From: an uncultured Dehalococcoidia bacterium
GTDB taxonomy: Bacteria; Chloroflexota; Dehalococcoidia; Lucifugimonadales; CAJWER01
Direction of reading: 5' to 3'
Length of the DNA: 64,000 nucleotides
Assembly: GCA_964608025.1 (NCBI GenBank)
Contig: CAZSLO010000022.1
Location: 31,256-95,255, forward strand
The translations under genes were made by a program, and so were the position numbers. This document shows, one piece after another, positions 1-9,544 of the stretch. Position 1 is the stretch's first letter; each line of letters starts with the position of its first letter. The notes beneath the pieces were generated by a model. The model did not search any database. It was given only the letters and a program-made list of their open reading frames with translations, and was not told where the DNA came from.

Positions 1-1
1 A

Positions 2-2170
2 ATTTTGAGCGACTCCGAGATCTTCGGTACAGCAAAGCTCCGTAGAACCACCCGCCGCCGCATGGTTAAGCGCGAAACCTTGCTATCAGAATTGAATCCG
101 GGTGACTACGTGGTACACGTCGAACACGGAGTCGGAAGATTCCTAGGTACAAAAAGAACCGCGCGCGACGAGGGAGAAAGGGAGTTCCTCGTGCTTTCTT
201 ATGCACGAGGAGATGAGCTATATGTGCCAATGGTACATATAGACCGCATCAGTCCCTACGTCGCACCACTTGAAAAGCCACCATCCCTAAATCGTTTGGG
301 AACCCAGGAATGGACTCGGACCAAAGAAAGGGTTGAGCATTCTACACGCGAGATGGCGGCTGAACTTCTCTCCTTGTACGCTTCCCGAGAACTCGCCAAG
401 GGATATTCATATCCTCCGGATACTCCTTGGCAAAACGAAATGGAAGATGCCTTCATATACCAAGAAACACAAGGCCAGCAAGACACGCTTGCCGACGTTA
501 AGCTGGATATGGAACAAACCAAGCCGATGGATCGGCTTATCTGTGGTGATGTAGGTTATGGCAAAACGGAGATAGCTTTACGGGCGGCTTTCAAAGCTGT
601 GATGGCAGGTAAACAGGTGGCAGTGCTTGTGCCAACCACAGTGCTCGCCCAACAGCATTTCTCGACATTCAAGGAACGAATGCAGGCCTTCCCGATATCG
701 GTAGAAGTTCTAAGTAGATTCCGAACTGAATCTGAGCAGCGACGCATTGTAAATGGACTGTCAGCAGGTACGGTGGATATTTGTATCGGGACACACAGAC
801 TCATCCAGAAGGATGTAAGCTTTAAAAACCTCGGCCTTGTGATCATCGATGAGGAACAGCGTTTCGGCGTATCCCATAAGGAACGCCTTAAGGATATGCG
901 ACACGAGGTTGACGTACTTACATTGACAGCTACTCCTATACCCCGAACACTTCATCTGGCCCTCGCTGGAATTAGGGATATGAGTACGATTGAAACACCC
1001 CCAGAAGAAAGGCTGTCCATCAAAACCTACGTCTCTGAATTCAGTGACGATTTGATACGGGAGGCGATTAGGCGAGAGATAGACCGACAGGGACAAGTTT
1101 TCTTTGTCCATAACCGAGTACACAACATAGACTATATGGCTAATTACATACGTAGTCTCGTCCCTGAGGCGAAAGTGGGAATTGGGCATGGCCAGATGCC
1201 AGAGAACCAACTAGAGCGAGCTATGATCGAATTTTCAAAGGGTAGGTACGATGTTCTAGTTTGCACAACAATCATAGAATCCGGACTAGATATCCCAAAT
1301 GCGAATTCGCTGATAATAAATCGGGCCGACGCATTCGGCTTAGCACAACTCTATCAACTCCGTGGGCGTATAGGCAGAAGTGAACGGCGAGCATATGCAT
1401 ACCTACTTATTCCAGCCCACCGCAGTATTAAAGAGATTGCAGAAAAGAGACTAAAAACGATGCTCGCAGCCACCGAACTCGGTGCTGGATTTCAGATAGC
1501 AATGAAAGATTTGGAGATTCGCGGTGCCGGTAACGTATTAGGGTCCCAGCAAAGTGGACATATCGCGGCGGTGGGATTCGATCTTTACACCAAGCTATTA
1601 TCAGAAGCGGTAGAAACTCTTCGTGCCCATATAGCAACGACGGGTACCGGAGAAGGCGCATCCGACCCTGCGGAAATAGATCTTCCATCCTACGGGAACA
1701 TTTCAATTAGTGGCTCAGAAATATTCCCTGCCATCGACCTAGGCATACCCGCTAGTATACCTGCCACCTATGTAACCGATCTCCAAACAAGGCTTGATCT
1801 GTACCGGCGAATCGGTTCTGCTGGAACAAAAACAGATCTTTCCGAAATAGATGATGAGATGGTAGATCGCTTTGGAACATTACCATGGCAGATCGAAAAC
1901 CTACTATACATTGAGAGCCTAAAGCTTAGTTCAATCACTGCGGGCGTCGAATCAATCTCGAGAACGGAAAAATATATTTTGCTCAAGCTCCGGGATGATA
2001 CAGGTGGTGCCAGGGACGCTTTACAAAAGTCTTTGGGCCCTGGAGTCAAGGTAGGCCATACTCAAATCCGGCTAGATCCTTCTTCGATATCGGAGGACTG
2101 GGAAGTGACTCTTCCATCCATACTCAAAGCAATATCAAGTTTCCGTAACCAGATCAGCTCAATCAGCTGA
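2..2170 (+). CDS. mfd: Transcription-repair coupling factor Mfd, C-terminal ~720 aa; the 5' end lies outside the window
   Basis: Frame is open to the window edge. SF2 helicase motifs GDVGYGKTE (Walker A), DEEQRFGV, TATPIPRT and QLRGRIGR, followed by a TRCF-type C-terminal region. Confidence 0.93.
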   Translation: MLSDSEIFGTAKLRRTTRRRMVKRETLLSELNPGDYVVHVEHGVGRFLGTKRTARDEGEREFLVLSYARGDELYVPMVHIDRISPYVAPLEKPPSLNRLGTQEWTRTKERVEHSTREMAAELLSLYASRELAKGYSYPPDTPWQNEMEDAFIYQETQGQQDTLADVKLDMEQTKPMDRLICGDVGYGKTEIALRAAFKAVMAGKQVAVLVPTTVLAQQHFSTFKERMQAFPISVEVLSRFRTESEQRRIVNGLSAGTVDICIGTHRLIQKDVSFKNLGLVIIDEEQRFGVSHKERLKDMRHEVDVLTLTATPIPRTLHLALAGIRDMSTIETPPEERLSIKTYVSEFSDDLIREAIRREIDRQGQVFFVHNRVHNIDYMANYIRSLVPEAKVGIGHGQMPENQLERAMIEFSKGRYDVLVCTTIIESGLDIPNANSLIINRADAFGLAQLYQLRGRIGRSERRAYAYLLIPAHRSIKEIAEKRLKTMLAATELGAGFQIAMKDLEIRGAGNVLGSQQSGHIAAVGFDLYTKLLSEAVETLRAHIATTGTGEGASDPAEIDLPSYGNISISGSEIFPAIDLGIPASIPATYVTDLQTRLDLYRRIGSAGTKTDLSEIDDEMVDRFGTLPWQIENLLYIESLKLSSITAGVESISRTEKYILLKLRDDTGGARDALQKSLGPGVKVGHTQIRLDPSSISEDWEVTLPSILKAISSFRNQISSIS

Positions 2171-2494
2171 CTTCTCTGATCTTTAGCAAAATGCGGCACT
2201 CTATTCAGGAAATTTCGTGCATATCTAAGCATAGACAATCACAAACCAAGTCGCCTCAAATTAATAAGACAGGGCTAGAAAGACACCCCAACATCTTTGA
2301 AGTTAAGTCTATTGCCACGGATCTTCGGCTCGAGACTCATTACGATCAATCTATGCGATTTTGTTCAAATTCTTAACTGCAAGTTGTCTAGAAGTCTGGT
2401 TATACAGAAACAGTAACGATTATTGAATATCGAGATGCTGACAGTTTACTAACCACCTAGACTTCTCCATAATGGCGACATCGTAAAAGACAGC

Positions 2495-3181
2495 ATGCGA
2501 TCATCTTCTGTGCGGGCTGACAAATCCATGATGGAAGGCGATATGAATTCCAAAACCTTGACCGGTTGGATATTAATTGTTGGACCAATCCTCACATTCC
2601 TAGTAGTTGGCATTTTGTATGATGCGGTGATTGGGCCAGGAGAAACTAACGCAGAAGCAGTTAGTGAGGCGATGGCCAAGGCCCAGATGGCTACCTTGCT
2701 AAGGATCATAGGTGCCATCGCTTTTGTTTCTCCGTTTATTGGCATGACCCTCTTCTCACGATCTATGCAAGGAGAAACTAGTCCAGGCGCTCCATACGCA
2801 GCTATTGCAGGAATTGTTTTTACCGCGATATCAGCGATCGCTATACTAGCATCAGGATTGAGCCTAGGCACAATAGATACTGCTAAAAACAGCGTATCAG
2901 ATGCTGCAATCATAGAGATCATTAGCGACGGAATCTTCCCCGGCTTGTTTGTCTTTTGGGGTATAGGAAACATCCTGATAGGTACTGCCATGGTTATCCA
3001 AAAAAACCTCCACATTGTTATGGGGTGGCTTTTCGTATGTTGGGGAGCCTTCATGCTTATCATCAGTGTGCTCGAATCAGTTGAGATACCCGATGCAGTT
3101 GGACTAATTCTCTGGGCCGGATTGAACCTCACAATGGTCACATTAGGTATTCTGACCCTTAAGCCAAAAGAAACTAGCTAG
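2495..3181 (+). CDS. Polytopic membrane protein of unknown function
   Basis: 228-aa ORF with about six hydrophobic helices. In-frame ATG 2543 preceded by GGAAGG is a likelier start. A perfect 14-bp stem-loop follows. The fully overlapping antisense ORF 2449..3141 is judged a shadow. Confidence 0.55.
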   Translation: MRSSSVRADKSMMEGDMNSKTLTGWILIVGPILTFLVVGILYDAVIGPGETNAEAVSEAMAKAQMATLLRIIGAIAFVSPFIGMTLFSRSMQGETSPGAPYAAIAGIVFTAISAIAILASGLSLGTIDTAKNSVSDAAIIEIISDGIFPGLFVFWGIGNILIGTAMVIQKNLHIVMGWLFVCWGAFMLIISVLESVEIPDAVGLILWAGLNLTMVTLGILTLKPKETS

Positions 3182-3211
3182 TTCCTAGGGGCAAGTCGAC
3201 TAAAACTACTC

Positions 3212-3246
3212 ATACCTGCGGCTCAGCTTGGTTGAGCCGCAGGTAT
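3212..3246 (+). terminator. Stem-loop downstream of the membrane-protein gene
   Basis: ATACCTGCGGCTCA (3212-3225) pairs with TGAGCCGCAGGTAT (3233-3246): perfect 14-bp stem, 7-nt loop. No clear U-tract. Confidence 0.45.
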
Positions 3247-3383
3247 ACTCAATTCAGCTTTCTTCATTACCTTGATGGTTTATTTGGGATCTACGGGCAA
3301 ATTAATAACCCGTAGTAGTTAATCTGTCCCAACTTCCCTGGAATTCCCTTCCAGATTCTCGGTTCAGGCGCCCTCTTTACCCT

Positions 3384-4754
3384 TTGTCTTTTACCGTTTA
3401 CCATTTGTCCATGTATAGCCGTCTACAATCACTTGATGAAAAGAACTCCCCCATACGGGTAGCCATAATTGGGTGCGGCCGATTCGGGTCTATGGTAGCT
3501 GTCCAAGTAATGCATGCACCTGGCATGGAATTGTCAATATTATGTGATATGGATAGTGCTCGAGCATTTGAGACGCTCAGTCTCGCTGGTCAGATCGATA
3601 GCCAACCGGTTATGACATCTAAAATTGGACAGGTGAACGATGCTTTAAGTAAGGGAAAGCTAGTTGTGACCGATAATGTAGAGGTCGCTATTGAATCAAA
3701 AGTCGACATTGTCATCGAAGCAACGGGAAATCCGGAAGCCGGTGCACGCCACATTTTCAATTCCATCATGGCTGGTAAGCACGTGATCAACGTAACTGTT
3801 GAGACAGATGTGCTCGTAGGTTTATTCTTAAAAACCATGGCCGACAAGGCAGGTGTGGTCTACAGTCTCGTTTATGGAGATCAACCCGGGAACATAGACG
3901 AGTTATTTGATTGGGCTGTCAGTACCGGCTTTGAAGTTGTTGCTGCTGGTAAGGGAACTCGTTATCTACCAGAATTCCGTAAAGGTAAACCAGCAGAAGC
4001 ACTCGGTAGATACGGACTCTCAGAAGAACAAATTGCGGACTCCGACCTCAACCCACAAATGTACAACTCTTTCCAAGATGGAACCAAGTCTGCGATAGAG
4101 ATGTGCGCTGTTGCAAATATGACAGGACTGGTGCCTGACATACCTGGTATGCATCAACCTCCGGCAGGAATAGACGAAATTCCCGAGATCCTAAGACCAA
4201 TCGAGGATGGGGGAATCCTTAAAAATAAGGGAGTGGTAGAAGTCGTGAGCTGTATTGGTCTGGATGGAGAAGATGTGCCAAATCCAATGCGTTGGGGAGT
4301 GTACGTAGTAATTACAACTACTAATCCCTATCTGCTTACATGCCTTCAAGATTATGGTTTAGCGATGGACTCTACTGGGAAGTACGCCCTGATGTATCGT
4401 CCATATCATCTGGTAGGAATGGAGGCTCCTATCTCTATTGCCAAGGCATGTCTTTACGGTGAGGCTACAGGTGCACCCAGAGCGATAGTAGGAGAGGTGG
4501 TAAGCCGGGCCAAGCGCCAGTTGGAACCGGGAGAGGTTCTAGATGGCGAAGGAGGAAGCCTTGCATATGGCTCTCTGATGGAAGCTGCTCCCGCCCGGAA
4601 ACAAGAGCTTCTTCCTATAGGGTTATCCGCTGGCGCAACATTGACTCGGAAAGTTGCAGCAGACACTAATATCACAATGGCGGATGTAAAGCTTCCTCCC
4701 AATACATTCGTAGACCATCTCCGACAAATCCAGGATGCTACCCTAGGGCTTTGA
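3384..4754 (+). CDS. NAD(P)-binding dehydrogenase with C-terminal SAF-like domain (COG4091 'predicted homoserine dehydrogenase' type)
   Basis: Rossmann motif VAIIGCGRFGS near the N-terminus. C-terminal AKRQLEPGEVLDGEGG...LPIGL segment is typical of SAF-domain dehydrogenases. Start is TTG 3384 or ATG 3411. Confidence 0.6.
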   Translation: MSFTVYHLSMYSRLQSLDEKNSPIRVAIIGCGRFGSMVAVQVMHAPGMELSILCDMDSARAFETLSLAGQIDSQPVMTSKIGQVNDALSKGKLVVTDNVEVAIESKVDIVIEATGNPEAGARHIFNSIMAGKHVINVTVETDVLVGLFLKTMADKAGVVYSLVYGDQPGNIDELFDWAVSTGFEVVAAGKGTRYLPEFRKGKPAEALGRYGLSEEQIADSDLNPQMYNSFQDGTKSAIEMCAVANMTGLVPDIPGMHQPPAGIDEIPEILRPIEDGGILKNKGVVEVVSCIGLDGEDVPNPMRWGVYVVITTTNPYLLTCLQDYGLAMDSTGKYALMYRPYHLVGMEAPISIAKACLYGEATGAPRAIVGEVVSRAKRQLEPGEVLDGEGGSLAYGSLMEAAPARKQELLPIGLSAGATLTRKVAADTNITMADVKLPPNTFVDHLRQIQDATLGL

Positions 4755-4952
4755 CTCTGTGCTCATTTCATGTCTGGCTAATATACAGTAGAATCCCTTT
4801 TCTCCCGAAATTGTATTTACCCTCGTTAACCATATTTATCGCCAGTCCAATGTTTCATCGAACTAACGAACACAATGTATTTTGTACGTTAAAATCCAAT
4901 CCGATTCATTCTTGGGCGGAACTGCAACAAACATGTTAAGACAATTATCCAA

Positions 4953-6122
4953 ATGACGAATACCACTGATGCCGTAGTGATCGGAGGAGGGGTTATGGGA
5001 ACTAGTATCCTTTATAACCTTGTCACCCGGGGTGTTAAGGCACCCGTGTTGCTAGAGCGAGATTCCCTTGGATCCGGTTCAACGGGCAGATCCTCCGGCA
5101 TAATCCGGATGCATTACTCTACCGAAGTCTGCACACAACTTGCTTGGAATAGCTATCCGATCTTCATGAATTTCGACAACATGATTGGAGGTGATGTAGC
5201 TTTCGTTAAAACAGGATTCCTGGTGTCGGTGCCACAAGACTCAATTGAAGGGCTGCGTAACAATGTTGGGATTCAGAAATCCCAAGGAATCCCCACGGAC
5301 ATAATTTCCCGCGAGGAAGCCCAAGAGATAGCACCAGGATTTGTGTTCGAAGACAGCGAGGCTTTCTGTTGGGAACCTGAATCCGGCCATGCTGACCCTT
5401 CTGGTACAGCAATGGCTTACTCCAAACGATCACGTGACCTAGGCGCAGAAGTGTTATTAGAATCACCTGTAACTGATCTGATTATAAATAACGGCCGTGT
5501 CGAGGGAGTGATCACAACTAAAAAACGATACGCTACGCGCACGGCTATCGTTGCAGCTGGTCCCTGGTCAAAAAATATCCTTCAGAAACATGGCGTAGAT
5601 TTGCCTCTAGAAGCTACGCGTCATGAGGTATTCTATATCCGTCGGAATACCGATCAGCTTCCGGACCATCCCGGGGGTGCTGACATGGCTAACCTTACCT
5701 ATTTTAGGCCTGAAGGTGTAGATCTCACACTAGTCGGAAATGGGAATGCCGAACACGAAGTAGATCCAAACAACTACAGCCAGAAGCCTACTATGAGTTA
5801 TGTTGAAGACGTCTGGATTCGCCTGTCAAAGCGTATACCTCAGATCGCCAACGGTGAGTTTTTCACGGGCTATGCCGGTCTTTACACATCTACACCAGAT
5901 ATGCACCCCATAATCGACAGGGTAGAGGGCATTGATGGCCTCTACGTCTGTACCGGGTTTAGTGGCCATGGATTCAAGCTATCTCCAACTGTGGGTATCT
6001 GCATGGCCGAGACAATCCTCGATGGTAAAGCAACCACTGTTGATCTCACTCCCCTTCGCATATCCCGATTTTCAGAAAATGATCTAAATACGATCAGCTA
6101 TAAATTTCGGGTGGTTGCGTAA
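4953..6122 (+). CDS. FAD-dependent oxidoreductase (DAO / sarcosine-oxidase-beta-like family)
   Basis: N-terminal dinucleotide motif DAVVIGGGVMGTS. About 390 aa with C-terminal GFSGHGFKLSP, typical of the DAO family. Confidence 0.8.
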   Translation: MTNTTDAVVIGGGVMGTSILYNLVTRGVKAPVLLERDSLGSGSTGRSSGIIRMHYSTEVCTQLAWNSYPIFMNFDNMIGGDVAFVKTGFLVSVPQDSIEGLRNNVGIQKSQGIPTDIISREEAQEIAPGFVFEDSEAFCWEPESGHADPSGTAMAYSKRSRDLGAEVLLESPVTDLIINNGRVEGVITTKKRYATRTAIVAAGPWSKNILQKHGVDLPLEATRHEVFYIRRNTDQLPDHPGGADMANLTYFRPEGVDLTLVGNGNAEHEVDPNNYSQKPTMSYVEDVWIRLSKRIPQIANGEFFTGYAGLYTSTPDMHPIIDRVEGIDGLYVCTGFSGHGFKLSPTVGICMAETILDGKATTVDLTPLRISRFSENDLNTISYKFRVVA

Positions 6123-6385
6123 TCTAGATGATGCCTACTGGTGCTAACCTTCGTAATAAAATTACAAACCTATAAATCCACTCTTCCATTTAACTGGATC
6201 TTGATTATTAGTACGAATTTTCATACCTGCGCTTGTTTATTTGTTCTTGACATGCTACGCTAGTTGACGACTCCGGTTAGTCGATGCCAATGTCGTACCC
6301 GCTTTCTGCGCTTTCACTACCCGCTATTGAACTCGCATGCGACTCTTGCCACCGATGAGGAGAATCTTATTTAAGGAGGAGCCAC

Positions 6386-6682
6386 ATGAACATATATGTA
6401 GGCAACCTTCCGTTTTCGATGACAGAAGAAGAGTTGGAGAGTTCGTTCGCAGCGCATGGTGAAGTGCAGTCAGCACGGATAATTACCGATAGGTTTACGG
6501 GCCAGTCCCGGGGCTTCGGATTTGTCGAGATGTCTGACAACGGAGCGGCTGAAGCCGCTATCCAGGCACTCAACGGCCAAGAAATACAAGGCCGTCCTCT
6601 TACAGTGAACGAGGCTCGTCCTCGCGAGGATAGAGGCGGAAGAGGCGGCGGCGGCGGCGGCGGCGGCGGCGGCCGCTGGTAG
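6386..6682 (+). CDS. RRM-type RNA-binding protein with Arg/Gly-rich tail
   Basis: RNP2 IYVGNL and RNP1 RGFGFVEM. Strong SD AAGGAGGA 5 nt before the ATG. Tail is RGGRG(10)RW. Confidence 0.9.
   Translation: MNIYVGNLPFSMTEEELESSFAAHGEVQSARIITDRFTGQSRGFGFVEMSDNGAAEAAIQALNGQEIQGRPLTVNEARPREDRGGRGGGGGGGGGGRW
6644..6673 (+). repeat. Perfect (GGC)10 trinucleotide microsatellite inside the RRM gene, encoding Gly10
   Basis: Ten uninterrupted GGC units read directly from the sequence. Confidence 0.97.
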
Positions 6683-6761
6683 TACAGGTATAACCTGAAT
6701 CGTCCAGACGGCCAGATGAAAGCGGCAAAAAGGTAACCTGGGCTTCAGCTTTAACCACTAA

Positions 6762-6796
6762 AAAGGGCAGTCACGAGCACTTCGTGACTGCCCTTT
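6762..6796. terminator. Probable bidirectional terminator between the RRM gene (+) and tRNA-Gly (-)
   Basis: AAAGGGCAGTCACGA (6762-6776) pairs with TCGTGACTGCCCTTT (6782-6796): 15-bp stem. T-rich on the + side (TTTACATTT) and a TTTTT run on the - side. Confidence 0.6.
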
Positions 6797-6926
6797 ACAT
6801 TTGCTTTCACTCCACAATTCATTTTGTGGCTATACTAAATTTGGATCGGAAAATAGTTGTGGAATTACCTCGAAGGGGACAACCAGTTAGGATGGCTCTA
6901 AAGCGGGCCATCCAGGGGGTTACGGC

Positions 6927-7001
6927 TGGAGCGGGTGATGGGATTCGAACCCACGACATTCTGCTTGGGAAGCAGACACTCTACCCCTGAGTTACACCCG
7001 C
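6927..7001 (-). tRNA. tRNA-Gly (anticodon CCC), CCA encoded
   Basis: Hand-folded cloverleaf: acceptor GCGGGTG/CACCCGC, anticodon arm TCTGC-TTCCCAA-GCAGA, T-arm GTGGG-TTCGAAT-CCCAT. 75 nt. Confidence 0.93.
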
Positions 7002-7073
7002 ACCTACCTAAAAAGATATGCGGATGTCACTTACTAGTCAAGCAGATGTTCAACTTGTAGCATATGTCACGGC

Positions 7074-8102
7074 TTATCCCTCAAGTTCATTTCTGACAAT
7101 AGCCGTACCTTTCACCATGGCTTCGAGCTTCAGGTATGAGATCCACCTAGGAAGTTGGAAAAATCCACAGTCAGGGCTTATATAGAGCTTATTTGGATCA
7201 ACCACCGTAAGCATTTCCCGTACACGCTCTGCTACATCTTCGGGCTGTTCAACATAGAATGACTTTACGTCTATAACCCCAGCTCCAAATTCCCTGTCGT
7301 CTCCTACCTCTCCCCAAAGTCTACTCTCTTTCATTTCTCGATTAGCGAACTCAAATACAAGCTGGTCTGATCGGGTATCTAAGAGAGCCGGGAACATCCA
7401 ATCATAGTTTCGTTTTCCTCGAGGCCGGCTGCTCAGATTACCAAAACATACATGAAGGGCGATCTTAGCCTTAACACCATCTACTGTAGTGTTGTATAGG
7501 TTCACCCATTCCTCTAATTCACCCGGGATTATGGCAAACGATGGTTCGTCTAGCTGAATGTAGTCTGCACCTTGGTCCACGAGTTCCTTGAGTTCCTTGT
7601 TTATAACATCGGCAAATTCCCAGGCGAGGTCAAGCCGGTTCTTATATCCTTCTCGGGGTCGTATGTGCATGGTGATAGTAAGAGGCCCAGGACAGGTCAT
7701 CTTAAGGGGTTTATCAGTACGATTTTTTGCAAATTCATACTCTCCAACAATACCCAGTCCTTCGGGAACCGTAACCTTTCCGGTAGTATGGTATCGCTGC
7801 GGGCTATCATAGCCATACAGTCCTACTTTTCGCAGAGGGGGTTCCTCTGCTATGTTTGACATGAGTCGGTAAAAACTCTGCACGAAATACCAACGACGCA
7901 TTTCACCGTCGCTAATGATATCAACTCCAGCCCTTTCTTGATCCATGATAGCTACCATCACAGCATCGTCGAATGTTTCAGAAGTGTCCGTGGATCCATA
8001 ATTGCCATCGTCTATCTGTTCAAGAGCGGTCCAAAGCCAGCTTGGATAAGCATGGCTTCCTATAACTGTCGTAGGAAGAATTGATGGGGATTCTAGGTTC
8101 AT
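7074..8102 (-). CDS. Cobalamin-independent methionine synthase family protein (MetE C-terminal-domain-like, COG0620)
   Basis: 342 aa with ISDGEMRR, DEPSFA, HVCFGN and SPDCGF motifs (His/Cys zinc-ligand pattern of the family). Confidence 0.7.
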   Translation of the reverse strand: MNLESPSILPTTVIGSHAYPSWLWTALEQIDDGNYGSTDTSETFDDAVMVAIMDQERAGVDIISDGEMRRWYFVQSFYRLMSNIAEEPPLRKVGLYGYDSPQRYHTTGKVTVPEGLGIVGEYEFAKNRTDKPLKMTCPGPLTITMHIRPREGYKNRLDLAWEFADVINKELKELVDQGADYIQLDEPSFAIIPGELEEWVNLYNTTVDGVKAKIALHVCFGNLSSRPRGKRNYDWMFPALLDTRSDQLVFEFANREMKESRLWGEVGDDREFGAGVIDVKSFYVEQPEDVAERVREMLTVVDPNKLYISPDCGFFQLPRWISYLKLEAMVKGTAIVRNELEG

Positions 8103-8237
8103 TACGCACTCCGATATTCGTTTATGGAACTCCGATTATAGCATCGACAATCTGACAGATTGTAGGAAAGCCCGACAATGATACTCGATGAGTGAAATTA
8201 ATGAAGTAAGGACGGTAGGTAGGAGCTCCAAAGTCTC

Positions 8238-8246
8238 TGCTATAAT
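8238..8246 (+). promoter_or_regulatory. Extended -10 promoter element TGCTATAAT upstream of the small TAT-signal ORF
   Basis: TGn + TATAAT at 8238-8246. AGGAG at 8263-8267 lies 5 nt before ATG 8273. Confidence 0.4.
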
Positions 8247-8272
8247 GCGGCATGTAACAAATAGGAGTAAAG

Positions 8273-8461
8273 ATGGTTAAGAAAGATAAATACTCCCGGC
8301 GAGATTTTCTTTTTAAAGCTCCACAGGCAATTGTGAGTGGTACCTTAGCCTCTCTATTTGCAGGAAATCTGCCAACGGGCCTACGCAAACGATACCGGGA
8401 AGCACCAAAAGTACCGGAAGGCTCAATCTACACACCTATAGACAAGAACTCAGCACTCTAA
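8273..8461 (+). CDS. Small (62 aa) protein consisting of a twin-arginine (TAT) signal plus ~30-aa tail
   Basis: SRRDFLFKA twin-arginine motif followed by hydrophobic AIVSGTLASLFAG. Good SD and an extended -10 upstream. Confidence 0.5.
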   Translation: MVKKDKYSRRDFLFKAPQAIVSGTLASLFAGNLPTGLRKRYREAPKVPEGSIYTPIDKNSAL

Positions 8462-8618
8462 GTCCTCCAAAGAATTAAAATAGTGGGCCATTTGACAGTG
8501 CTAGATATCAGTCCGCCATTTTGAATCATAAATCAATATTGGCTGAAGCTCGATATAGCCATCCCAAATTTATATTGGTATGCAACTGTAATCTTGCCCT
8601 TGTAAGGAGATAGACAAC

Positions 8619-9338
8619 ATGGAAGCTACAGCGAAGCCCCGGGTATTGATTGACGTTATACTCCCGGATATTCGCAGCCAATCTCGTGTTAGTAAGATAG
8701 CTGTTGATGCCGCTCTGGTTTTTGGGTTTGCCATACTGGTAGCACTGTGTGCCCAAATCGCCATTAAGATACCAACAACAACTGTCCCGATAACTGGCCA
8801 GACGTTCGGGGTCCTGCTCACTGGAGGAGCACTAGGCAGCAGGCGTGGCGGACTCAGCATGTTTGTTTACATGATCCTAGGAATGGCATCTTTACCCATA
8901 TTCGCACCAAGTACAAGTCCATTAGGAGATGGTCAGGCCCTCCACTTCATCCTACCGTGGTCAGGAAGTGATGGGTTAGTCTGGAGTATGACGAGCGGAG
9001 GTTACATCGTAGGTTTTGTTGCAGCTTCTTACGTGGTAGGGATGCTAGCGGAGCGGGGCTGGGATCGCAAAGCTACCATTCCATTTGCAATGCTCATTGG
9101 GAATATTGTCATTTACTTGATAGGGTTACCTTGGCTTGCTGTCCACATTGCTACTAAAGAGTCACTTTATAGCTATTTCCAATCTCAGGGAGGCGCGAAC
9201 GTCCTAGACATGACTCTACGTGGTGGGCTTTACCCTTTTATTGGTGGAGATGCTGTCAAACTCATAGCGGCTGCCCTAGTTCTTCCTGGTGCTTGGACCA
9301 TAGTGGATAGACTAAAAGGTGCTTCAATGAGGAGATAG
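8619..9338 (+). CDS. bioY: Biotin transporter BioY (ECF S-component family)
   Basis: Characteristic BioY segments: IPTTTVPITGQTFGVLLTGGALG, GGYIVGF, GNIVIYLIGLPWL, PFIGGDAVKL. SD AAGGAG upstream. Confidence 0.85.
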   Translation: MEATAKPRVLIDVILPDIRSQSRVSKIAVDAALVFGFAILVALCAQIAIKIPTTTVPITGQTFGVLLTGGALGSRRGGLSMFVYMILGMASLPIFAPSTSPLGDGQALHFILPWSGSDGLVWSMTSGGYIVGFVAASYVVGMLAERGWDRKATIPFAMLIGNIVIYLIGLPWLAVHIATKESLYSYFQSQGGANVLDMTLRGGLYPFIGGDAVKLIAAALVLPGAWTIVDRLKGASMRR

Positions 9339-9544
9339 GTATAAGCATAATCAATAAAGAAAATTTGATGATCTGCTACCAACCGTTCTTTACAGGCATA
9401 TACCAGCCTAATGGTCCGATCTTTCATAAACTTTCACCTAACTCTCCAACCGATGATAGAGGAAAATCTGCTCTTCAAGCTGGCCGTATACAACAACGAA
9501 CAGGTACCTATTCCTCCCAGTTCCGGTTACTCAGAAGGTCCTAG

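Noticed and set aside
2449-3141. 230-aa minus-strand ORF mirroring the plus-strand membrane-protein ORF
   Set aside because: The plus-strand product has coherent transmembrane helices and a downstream stem-loop. The minus-strand product looks like the reverse-complement shadow of a hydrophobic gene.
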